From a virus (taxonomy: Duplodnaviria > Caudoviricetes): 64,000 bases of DNA. The stretch covers positions 1,869-65,868 of IMG/VR virus record IMGVR_UViG_3300027892_004026. One strand, given 5' to 3'. Positions 55,890-64,000 of the stretch are shown piece by piece (positions within the stretch are counted from its first letter, which is position 1; every line of letters begins with the position of its first letter). The position numbers were made by a program, and so were the translations under genes. Below the pieces are notes generated by a model that saw only the letters and a program-made list of their open reading frames with translations, had not been told where the DNA came from and did no database searches.

Positions 55890-58643
55890 ATGGCAACAAC
55901 AGTCCAGATATTAACAACAAATTATAGTGGTCAAACCGCTACAATTACATTTTCGCCATGTAGTGGAGGAACGATTAACTTAGGTTCACATATTGTTCCT
56001 TACAACTATGTAAGTGATAACTATACGGGGGATTATTCATTATATTTTGCAGATTATAATCAAACTTGTACATTTAGTATTCCATGTGTAACACCAACAA
56101 CTACACCAACATCTACTCCTACAACTACACCTACAAATACAGAGACGCCAACACTTGAACCAACAACTACGCCTACTAATACAGAAACACCAACTGAGAC
56201 TCCTACAGAAACTCCTACAGAGACTCCAACTAATACAGCTACTCCAAGTACAACTGCTACTTTAGGTGTGACACCGACTGCAACTGAGACACAAACTCCA
56301 ACACTAACTGAGACTCCTACAAATACTCCTACCAACACAGAAACTCCTACAGAAACTCCTACAGAAACTCCTACAGCAGAACCTACAACAACACCAACAA
56401 CTACTCCTACAAATACAGAGACTCCTACTGAGACACCGACTAATACTACAACTCCAACTAATACTGAAACACCAACAATACCACCAAACACATTTAATGT
56501 AACTGCTAATGGTTCCTCTGCTTATATAATAAATGGACAATCGAATCCAACATTAAGTATAACTGAAGGACAAACTTACACCTTTAATATAAATGCCAGT
56601 GGACATCCGTTTTGGATTAAAACAGTAAGTTCAACAGGTACAGGAAATGCATATAATGATGGAGTAACTAATAACGGAACGGATAATGGAACAATAACAT
56701 TTATAGTTCCATATACCGCACCATCCACTCTTTATTACAATTGCCAGTACCATATTAGTATGGCAGGAATAATTAATGTAACAGATGTACCGGCTCCAAC
56801 CTCTACTCCTACTAATACAGAAACTCCGACTAGTACCGTAACTGAAACTCCTACCAATACTCCAACAAACACAGAAACTCCGACTCAGACGGCAACAAAT
56901 ACTCCTACTAATACAGAAACGCCAACTGAAACTCCTACACCAGAACCGACAACTACACCTACTAACACAGAAACGCCAACTAACACTGAAACTCCTACAG
57001 AAACACCAACTTTAGGAGTAACACCGACTGCAACCGAGACACCAACTGAAACACCTACCGAAACTCCAACAGAAACACCTAGCGAAACTCCAACTCAAAC
57101 TCCAACTCAAACTCCAACAATAACAAGAACTCCAACAAGAACTCCAACACCTACACCTACACCATATCCACCTAATTCGTACCTGTTCTATAGAACTGAA
57201 GGTTCAAATCCAGCACTTCCAACAGCTAATGGTGATTTAATGTTAGTTGCTGCAGGAGATTTGATAACCTACAATCCAAATGATAGTTTTGAAATTACAT
57301 TTACCGCAATTGATAAATCAGGAACTTCACATCCTGAATATGATGATTTAGTAACTTATGGTGGAACAATTACATTAACACAAGGAGGTAACACTTATAT
57401 TGCGAGTGGTGAAAGTGGATTCTTCACATATACGTCATATTCTATTCCTTACTATTCAGCGGCTTATTTAGATGTAATACAACCTTCAGCAAATCCGTTT
57501 GTTTCAGGTAGTACCATCTTCTTAACTGCGTCTGTTAACTATCCTCCGACACCAACTCCAACAACAACTGAAACTCCTACAGAAACTCCAACCAACACAC
57601 CATCACCAACTGAAACTCCTACAGAGACTCCAACTCCTACAGAGACTCCAACTCCTACTGTAACAACAGGGTTAAGTCCAACACCAACTGAAACTCCAAC
57701 AGAAACACCTACCGAAACTCCAACAGAAACACCTAGCGAAACTCCAACTCAAACTCAAACACCAACAAGAACATCAACAAGAACACCTACACCAACCAGG
57801 ACTCCAACTTCAACACCTTACACACCTAATTCATACCTGTTCTATAGAACTGAAGGATCAAGTCCAACGATTCCACCAAGTAATGGAGGTATAATGTTAC
57901 TTGATGCTGGAGATTCGGTAACATACAATCCAAATGATGAGCAAGAAATTACATTTACCGCAATTGATAAATCAGGAACTTCACATCCTGAATATGATGA
58001 TTTATTAATTTATGGTGGAACAATTACATTGACACAAGGTGTTAATACTTACATTGCAAGCGGTGAAAGTGGACAATTCTTCTATTACGTCGGATCTAAT
58101 AGTTACTATTCTGCAACCTTTTTAGATGTAATACAACCTTCGGCAAATCCGTTTGTTTCAGGTAGTACCATCTTCTTAACTGCGTCTGTTAACTATCCTC
58201 CGACACCTACGGCAACTAATACTCAAACACCAACTAATACTCAAACACCTACTAATACAAGTACACCTACGCCAAGTGTTACTAATACTCAAACACCAAC
58301 ATTAACTCCAACACCAACTTCAACTAATTTGAGTTCAATAACTACATACAGTATTTCAGGATGTACTAATCTAAATGTTTTAGTTGTCGATTTAGGACCA
58401 GGACTTATAGTTCTTGGTGATGTAAACTATTACACATTCACAGGAGCGACACCAAGTGGATGTTATTCAGTCATTAGTAAGATAAATGCTCCGATAGACG
58501 ACGCGTTTACCACATCATTTGGAACTGGTGGATGTAATGATTGTGAGAGTACTTATATAACTCCAACCCCAACAACAACTGAAACTCCTACAGAGACACC
58601 AACAAATACTCCTACAGAGACGCCAACTCAAACACCAACATAA
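55890..58643 (+). CDS. Thr/Pro-repeat putative virion protein with cupredoxin-like domain and duplicated module
   Basis: GQTYTF...SGHPF...LYYNCQYHISMAG, two copies of a ~127 aa module, and TPT tracts. Confidence 0.7.
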   Translation: MATTVQILTTNYSGQTATITFSPCSGGTINLGSHIVPYNYVSDNYTGDYSLYFADYNQTCTFSIPCVTPTTTPTSTPTTTPTNTETPTLEPTTTPTNTETPTETPTETPTETPTNTATPSTTATLGVTPTATETQTPTLTETPTNTPTNTETPTETPTETPTAEPTTTPTTTPTNTETPTETPTNTTTPTNTETPTIPPNTFNVTANGSSAYIINGQSNPTLSITEGQTYTFNINASGHPFWIKTVSSTGTGNAYNDGVTNNGTDNGTITFIVPYTAPSTLYYNCQYHISMAGIINVTDVPAPTSTPTNTETPTSTVTETPTNTPTNTETPTQTATNTPTNTETPTETPTPEPTTTPTNTETPTNTETPTETPTLGVTPTATETPTETPTETPTETPSETPTQTPTQTPTITRTPTRTPTPTPTPYPPNSYLFYRTEGSNPALPTANGDLMLVAAGDLITYNPNDSFEITFTAIDKSGTSHPEYDDLVTYGGTITLTQGGNTYIASGESGFFTYTSYSIPYYSAAYLDVIQPSANPFVSGSTIFLTASVNYPPTPTPTTTETPTETPTNTPSPTETPTETPTPTETPTPTVTTGLSPTPTETPTETPTETPTETPSETPTQTQTPTRTSTRTPTPTRTPTSTPYTPNSYLFYRTEGSSPTIPPSNGGIMLLDAGDSVTYNPNDEQEITFTAIDKSGTSHPEYDDLLIYGGTITLTQGVNTYIASGESGQFFYYVGSNSYYSATFLDVIQPSANPFVSGSTIFLTASVNYPPTPTATNTQTPTNTQTPTNTSTPTPSVTNTQTPTLTPTPTSTNLSSITTYSISGCTNLNVLVVDLGPGLIVLGDVNYYTFTGATPSGCYSVISKINAPIDDAFTTSFGTGGCNDCESTYITPTPTTTETPTETPTNTPTETPTQTPT
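57011..58207 (+). repeat. 654-bp-period internal tandem duplication
   Basis: acacctaccgaaactcc occurs at 57051 and 57705. cctaattc.tacctgttctatagaactgaagg occurs at 57171 and 57825. Long identical blocks are shared. Confidence 0.9.
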
Positions 58644-58704
58644 TGAATAAACCTATACAAAAAATACTTAAAACCTATAATTATAGGATATAATAAATTA
58701 ATAG

Positions 58705-61194
58705 ATGTGTACTTGTTTCTACATTGAAGTCCCTTATGATTTAGCCACCAGTGGAGGCCAAGATTTATATGTTGTATTTACTGACTGTGATGGTCAAGCA
58801 GATAGTGCAATTGCCTTAAACTTACCAAATACCAATCTTGGAAGTTCATTCGCATTTTATATTTGTTCATCTATATTAGATACTCCAACATTTAAATATG
58901 GTTTCTTCGGTGATACGCTATTAATTGAGGGAATTACCGTAACTGATACTGGTAATATATGTACTGATAATAATAGTTGTTATCCCGCAGTAACACCTGA
59001 ACCAACCACAACACCTACAAACACTCCAAGTAATACACAGACTCAAACACCTACTGTAACACCAACCAGAACGCCAAAACCAACTCCAGCGATTACATCT
59101 TCGCCAACTAATACACCAACACAAACAAGAACACCAAATCCAACTCCAAGTACCACACCAATTTTATGTGGACAAGCATATACCTTAGTTAATCCAGGTT
59201 CAAATTATTTTTATACCGATTGTTGTGGCAATTTCCAACAAGGGACTGAGAGTGGCATATCCATAACTATGGATTATACCAAGCCATCTAATGGTGTGGT
59301 TAAGTTGAATGTAACTGCATCAGTGAGTTGTCCTACTCCAACACCGACTAAAACTCCGACTACAACACCAACTAATACAACAACTCCAACTATTACTCCG
59401 ACAAGTTCTTTAACTCCATCGGTAACTAAAACACCTACACAGACACCAACAAATAGTCAAGTACTTTCATTAAGAAATAATTGTGATGTGTTCACCCTTT
59501 TTGATATGGGTGTAACTTGTTTTCCAATATCAATGCCGAGTTCATCGAGTTCATTGGATGGTATCTTGTCTTTGAGAATAACTGGTGGTACAAGTCCTTA
59601 TTCTATTTATTGGGCAGGAGGGCAAAGAACTCAAACTTTAATTGGAATTCCTCAAGGATCCTATCAAGTAACAGTTGTGGATTATTATGGAGATTATACT
59701 GCTTCAACTATTTGTAGTTTATTTCCACCAACACAGACTATCACTCCGAGCCCAACGTTAACTCCAACGGTTACTCCATCAGGAGTTTGTCCTCAATTGT
59801 GTTTAATTGCTTTAAGTACATCAACCGCTTATGGTCCACTACAATTTAACTGTAATGGATTGAGAAATGGAAGAACAACATGGTCAACTTCAGACGGACA
59901 ATATAATATTGTTTGGAACTCTACAGTTGGTAGATGGGAAGTTACTGGGTCGAATCCGACAATACCATTCAATCCAGTCGGAGGTGGTATATTCATAAGT
60001 ACGTCAACTGCTTCGGTGCCGTTATCAGGATGGGTTATTGCTGGTGGATTGGATACATATAGTGTTACCATGACTCAAGGTGTTTGTCCGGCAGTAATAC
60101 CTGTACAAGTTAGCCTGTCAGTAAATAATAACACATGTGATAGTGTTGCAAATTGTGACGGTGATATAATTGTGAACGCACAATATGGATATCCTCCATA
60201 TCTATTCTCAATTAACGGAGGTTCAACTTATCAGTCAACTAATATATTCGAAGACCTATGTGCTGGAACATATACAATAACCGTGACAGATTCTGCAGGT
60301 AACACCGACATCGAAAGTGCTACAGTTGGATTCACTCAACAACCTGTGACGTATCAGTTATCTTTAAGTGCTAATACTGCTGCAACTCAAGATATTACTT
60401 TGAGTAATTATAATTCTCGTACAACATTCTATCAGATTGTGAGTACTCCATCACTACCTCCAGGACTTACCATACCATTCAATTTAACAATATCATCTAT
60501 CAAAACTTTCAATGGACCTGGTACTGGAACTATTACCGATACCTTCTTGATGTTTGAGAATGGAGTATTAAAGACACCTTCAACAACTCAGACAATTGTT
60601 CAAACAGGTAGTAGACCTAATTGTAGCCCTGAAACATTCACTGCCGTTACTGAAGCAGATACCTACCAATTACAAATTGGAAACAACTATCCTGTGTTTA
60701 TTGAAAATACATCGGTGTTGACAATAACACAAGGACAATCAGGAGCTCAAAGTAATTGTTTGACTAACTTAACACAACAGATTACGGCACAATTTACTCA
60801 ACAAAGTATTAACGGATGTAGATGTTGTGAGGTAGTTGCTGATTCGACATCTAATACAATCAACTCAAACAGTGTCACATTTAATTCGACTGGTAACGCT
60901 CCTTCAAAACCATTGTTTGCAACATCAACGGTACTTTGTGGATTCGGTGGATTTGCACTTGTAGTTCTTACAAATTTTGCTGGTGGATCAGGGCAATATG
61001 ACATCACTGACACATATTATACAAATTGTAATGATGCGTTAACTGGAACATTCAATTTCTTGAATGGAACTTCCAAAGATTATCTTTACGTACCAAGTGG
61101 AACTTCGTATGTTGGAATAAGGGACGCAAATAATCCAACTAATGTCACTTGTCTTACTCTTGTAGTAGATTGTGACTTCGGACCCATAGCATAA
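58705..61194 (+). CDS. Thr/Pro-repeat putative virion protein with SprB-like repeats
   Basis: GILSLRITGGTSPYSIYW...GSYQVTVVDYYG and GDIIVNAQYGYPPYLFSINGG..YQSTNIFEDLCAGTYTITVTDSAG. Confidence 0.7.
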   Translation: MCTCFYIEVPYDLATSGGQDLYVVFTDCDGQADSAIALNLPNTNLGSSFAFYICSSILDTPTFKYGFFGDTLLIEGITVTDTGNICTDNNSCYPAVTPEPTTTPTNTPSNTQTQTPTVTPTRTPKPTPAITSSPTNTPTQTRTPNPTPSTTPILCGQAYTLVNPGSNYFYTDCCGNFQQGTESGISITMDYTKPSNGVVKLNVTASVSCPTPTPTKTPTTTPTNTTTPTITPTSSLTPSVTKTPTQTPTNSQVLSLRNNCDVFTLFDMGVTCFPISMPSSSSSLDGILSLRITGGTSPYSIYWAGGQRTQTLIGIPQGSYQVTVVDYYGDYTASTICSLFPPTQTITPSPTLTPTVTPSGVCPQLCLIALSTSTAYGPLQFNCNGLRNGRTTWSTSDGQYNIVWNSTVGRWEVTGSNPTIPFNPVGGGIFISTSTASVPLSGWVIAGGLDTYSVTMTQGVCPAVIPVQVSLSVNNNTCDSVANCDGDIIVNAQYGYPPYLFSINGGSTYQSTNIFEDLCAGTYTITVTDSAGNTDIESATVGFTQQPVTYQLSLSANTAATQDITLSNYNSRTTFYQIVSTPSLPPGLTIPFNLTISSIKTFNGPGTGTITDTFLMFENGVLKTPSTTQTIVQTGSRPNCSPETFTAVTEADTYQLQIGNNYPVFIENTSVLTITQGQSGAQSNCLTNLTQQITAQFTQQSINGCRCCEVVADSTSNTINSNSVTFNSTGNAPSKPLFATSTVLCGFGGFALVVLTNFAGGSGQYDITDTYYTNCNDALTGTFNFLNGTSKDYLYVPSGTSYVGIRDANNPTNVTCLTLVVDCDFGPIA

Positions 61195-61208
61195 AAAAAC
61201 AGAACAAC

Positions 61209-61216
61209 TATTTATA
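61209..61216 (+). promoter_or_regulatory. TATTTATA candidate phage promoter element
   Basis: Intergenic, 5 nt upstream of ATG 61221. Confidence 0.3.
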
Positions 61217-61220
61217 GACA

Positions 61221-63410
61221 ATGGCTTATATTATTAAAAATACTGCAGGACTTATTAACACCAGATTAACTGATGTTGGACGGAGAAACCTTTCTCAAGG
61301 TACCTTCAATATCTCTTATTTTCAAATTGGTGATAGTGAAGTGAGTTATACTGCGGTACCGAACTATAATCAGACAAATAATAATATTTTGATGCCAGCG
61401 TTCAACGCACAAAACGATACAGGTTCTCCTCAGTCAAACAAACAGAACATCAAGTATCCATATTACGTACAAAGTTCATCAGGTAACACTTACGGAATTC
61501 CTTTTATGGATAGTAATTTCCAACAGGTATATAACTCAGCTGGAGTAAAAGGATTCTTCACAACAGGTACCACCACACTAATACAAACAAGTACCGCTTA
61601 CACAATGACTACAAGTTATTGGGTGGATATGTCAGCCTTATCAGGGCAAACTTCAATGGAGATTGAATTTGATAGTTCACCAACTCCTTGTCTGACTTCA
61701 GGTACACCATCCATTAACGATTTTGTTACAATTGTTTATGATGGAAATGGTGGATGTGGTGATTTTACTACAAACCAAATTCTAACTTACAAGATTCAAA
61801 ACATGAGTCCTGCTACGGGAACAACAGGAAGTACATTCACATTAACATTAGATAGGTCTTTACCAACATTTGATAACCTACCTATTGAAACAAATTATGC
61901 CAGATTGTATGTTTATCCATCAGGTATGACAGAATTATATGACTTTGTCACACCTGCACCTTATTGGCAAACAGATACTCTTAACTTTGAATCACCTTGT
62001 GATGTGAGCAACAGAGAGAATACTCCTATTTGGAACATGAATATTCCTTGGACTGAGAGCCCTGCTGGATTGTTTAGTAGTACCTATGAAGACTACACCA
62101 AGTTTGGTTCGGTAACATACATTGGTACGAAGGAATATTTGGGTTACAATGAACCATCAGGTCAAACAGACACTAGTCAAGTATTTTATTACAACTCATT
62201 CGATGAGAAAATTGTAGTGAGACCTCAAGACCAAAAAGCCATTGCTATAATTCACTATACTAACCAAGATATTGACCATATCTATGGAGAAAAGTTTTCA
62301 ACACAACCATTTGACCCACAAAATCCAACTGATGATATTGGATTAGCAAGACATTTCAAATTGAATATGCCAACCTTGATGTGGCACAAATCAACAGGAA
62401 CTACAATTGGCCAAACATTCTATATTGACCCACCTAATTATGATTTGTGTAAACCATTCTATATCAAATCTACGAAAAATCTTGATATGAATGACCCTGG
62501 TATTAGATATTTCCATCTATGGGATACTAATGCGGATAGTAACAATAATTTGAATAGAATAGGAAAAGTATTTCCTGACCAAGAGATTATTGTAATTGAT
62601 GATGAAGAAGTAGTCGCAGCATTATCTTATAAGTCAAATAGAAATTTCACTTTGCCAGCTCCTAAGTTAAGTTTGATTACTCCAAACGTTTGTAGTACTG
62701 GTAATAATTCAACAGGATTGATGAACAATTCAACTCAGAGATTTTGGGTTAGTTATTTATTTGAATCAGAAACGGGTGTAACAAGTTCTCTACATTGTAA
62801 TTATTATTCTGTGATACAACCAACAAGTTCGGTAACCGCAAACACTCAAAACGTTGCTGTAAGATTCGGAGGAGAGTTTGGATTCTTGGGAGTCAATGAA
62901 TTTACAGGGTACACTGCAACCTCAATGAAAATAATTTGTCAAATGGTTACAGGTGATACAAGACCTTCACCAACTTTATGGAAACAGATAGATGTTACAT
63001 CTGCGATGACACTTTCTAATGGGTATATTACTCAATCTGGTTTGACTGGAACTACTTTCCAAATTGGGATTGATGATTATACGAACGCTGCGGCTTACCA
63101 ATTACAAAACTATTTGGATATTCCGTTAAACGGAGAAACCAATCAGTTGAACTTTGGTGACGAATATTATTTCTATGGAAATTTTGAAACTGACATTTCC
63201 GCAACCATTTATGAAATGAAATATTTGATAAACTTGAATAGAAATCAATTTACAAATACTTCCAATCCTACGTGGTCGGCTGGTACAAAATCATATATAA
63301 CTGAAATAGGACTTTACGATCAAAATAAAGATCTTATTGTTATATCTAAACTACAATCTCCTGAATTAAGGCAAGGAATTCAACAGTTTGTGGTTAAGTT
63401 AGATTTTTAA
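61221..63410 (+). CDS. Putative virion tail/baseplate (tail-collar-like) protein
   Basis: N-terminal LTDVGR...FQIGDSEV and C-terminal YITEIGLYDQNKDLIVISKL..P resemble phage tail-fibre attachment/collar motifs. It follows the fibre-like genes. Confidence 0.55.
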   Translation: MAYIIKNTAGLINTRLTDVGRRNLSQGTFNISYFQIGDSEVSYTAVPNYNQTNNNILMPAFNAQNDTGSPQSNKQNIKYPYYVQSSSGNTYGIPFMDSNFQQVYNSAGVKGFFTTGTTTLIQTSTAYTMTTSYWVDMSALSGQTSMEIEFDSSPTPCLTSGTPSINDFVTIVYDGNGGCGDFTTNQILTYKIQNMSPATGTTGSTFTLTLDRSLPTFDNLPIETNYARLYVYPSGMTELYDFVTPAPYWQTDTLNFESPCDVSNRENTPIWNMNIPWTESPAGLFSSTYEDYTKFGSVTYIGTKEYLGYNEPSGQTDTSQVFYYNSFDEKIVVRPQDQKAIAIIHYTNQDIDHIYGEKFSTQPFDPQNPTDDIGLARHFKLNMPTLMWHKSTGTTIGQTFYIDPPNYDLCKPFYIKSTKNLDMNDPGIRYFHLWDTNADSNNNLNRIGKVFPDQEIIVIDDEEVVAALSYKSNRNFTLPAPKLSLITPNVCSTGNNSTGLMNNSTQRFWVSYLFESETGVTSSLHCNYYSVIQPTSSVTANTQNVAVRFGGEFGFLGVNEFTGYTATSMKIICQMVTGDTRPSPTLWKQIDVTSAMTLSNGYITQSGLTGTTFQIGIDDYTNAAAYQLQNYLDIPLNGETNQLNFGDEYYFYGNFETDISATIYEMKYLINLNRNQFTNTSNPTWSAGTKSYITEIGLYDQNKDLIVISKLQSPELRQGIQQFVVKLDF

Positions 63411-63412
63411 AT

Positions 63413-64000
63413 ATGCAGAGAAACATTAAGAAGGATTCGCCCAAAATACTTGGGTTAGACGTTTCCACAAAAACAATAGGATGGTCTTTATTTGACATCG
63501 AGAGTGGAAATTTATTGGAGTTGACTCATATTTCACCAATTCCAAAACCAAAAGTAGACAATAAAATTGAAGAACTTTTGTTGAAAGGAAAAATTTTCCG
63601 CGAAAAGTTGGAATCCTATAGGGGTATGGGAATTCAATATGTTGTCATCGAAGAACCTTTATTGAACTCCAATAACGTTTATACTGTCAGTACTTTGATG
63701 AGATTTAATACATTGATTTGTAAAGAAGTTTATGATGTGTTGGGCGTAGTCCCTGAATTTATTTCAACTTACAATTCAAGAAAATTTGCATTCCCACATT
63801 TAGTTCAACCCAACGACAAAGACAAATATGTTTTGTTCGGAGGAATGCCAAAAGATATTGATAAGAAAGTAGTTATTTGGGAATTAGTTGCAAAAAGAGA
63901 GCCACAAATCACGTGGCAATACACCAAAAATAATACTCTGAAAAAAGAAAATTTTGACCAAACTGACGCTTATTGTGCCGCACTTGGTTTCATGAAGATA
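63413..64000 (+). CDS. RuvC-like Holliday junction resolvase, 3'-truncated by the window, absent from the ORF track
   Basis: Open for 196 codons to the window edge, with acidic catalytic motifs ILGLDVST, VVIEEP and FDQTDA. Confidence 0.8.
   Translation, partial: MQRNIKKDSPKILGLDVSTKTIGWSLFDIESGNLLELTHISPIPKPKVDNKIEELLLKGKIFREKLESYRGMGIQYVVIEEPLLNSNNVYTVSTLMRFNTLICKEVYDVLGVVPEFISTYNSRKFAFPHLVQPNDKDKYVLFGGMPKDIDKKVVIWELVAKREPQITWQYTKNNTLKKENFDQTDAYCAALGFMKI

Noticed and set aside
48558-61221. Val/Gly-rich and Cys/Arg/Ser-rich ORFs on the minus strand and in alternate frames
   Set aside because: They are shadows of the ACN/CCN codon repeats of the Thr/Pro tracts and lie fully inside long + strand genes.
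1-64000. Alternative genetic code (stop-codon reassignment seen in some large phages)
   Set aside because: Code 11 already gives near-complete coding density, with intact domains and TAA, TAG and TGA all used at sensible gene ends.
1-64000. tRNA, rRNA, structured ncRNA or transposase
   Set aside because: Intergenic gaps are short (mostly under 150 nt) and AT-rich, with no cloverleaf, strong hairpin or transposase motif visible.

Overview
This AT-rich, gene-dense 64 kb window reads as part of a large tailed dsDNA phage, probably one infecting Bacteroidota. That is an inference from A-rich start contexts with no obvious Shine-Dalgarno, SprB-like repeats, many ATGA-type gene overlaps and no cellular housekeeping genes. 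It has four blocks. (1) About 1-31 kb is a glycan-building island: GT7 enzymes with LamG inserts, Twitch and B12 radical SAMs, a GT11-like transferase, five GT10-like paralogs, Gmd, a ColD-like enzyme, two Fcl-like proteins, RmlC, Ugd, TPP E1 alpha/beta, an amidinotransferase and a carbamoyltransferase. (2) About 31-38.6 kb is an array of six 2OG-Fe(II) oxygenases, two sulfotransferases, a Zn-finger protein and an SGNH protein. These ten proteins end in the same basic-then-two-hydrophobic C-terminal tail. They surround a gene predicted to encode a circularly permuted ATP-grasp domain, a Hint domain and a 42-aa, 8-Cys peptide. This is the best candidate for an undescribed system. (3) About 38.6-48 kb holds more glycosyl-, acetyl- and methyltransferases, including a GT4 fused to a TibC/Aah-like O-heptosyltransferase. 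(4) About 48-64 kb holds very large Thr/Pro-repeat (mucin-like) putative virion proteins with LamG, cupredoxin and SprB-like modules, a tail/baseplate-type protein and a truncated RuvC-like gene. All family calls come from motifs recognised by eye; no database searches were run. I saw no tRNA, rRNA, CRISPR array or transposase.
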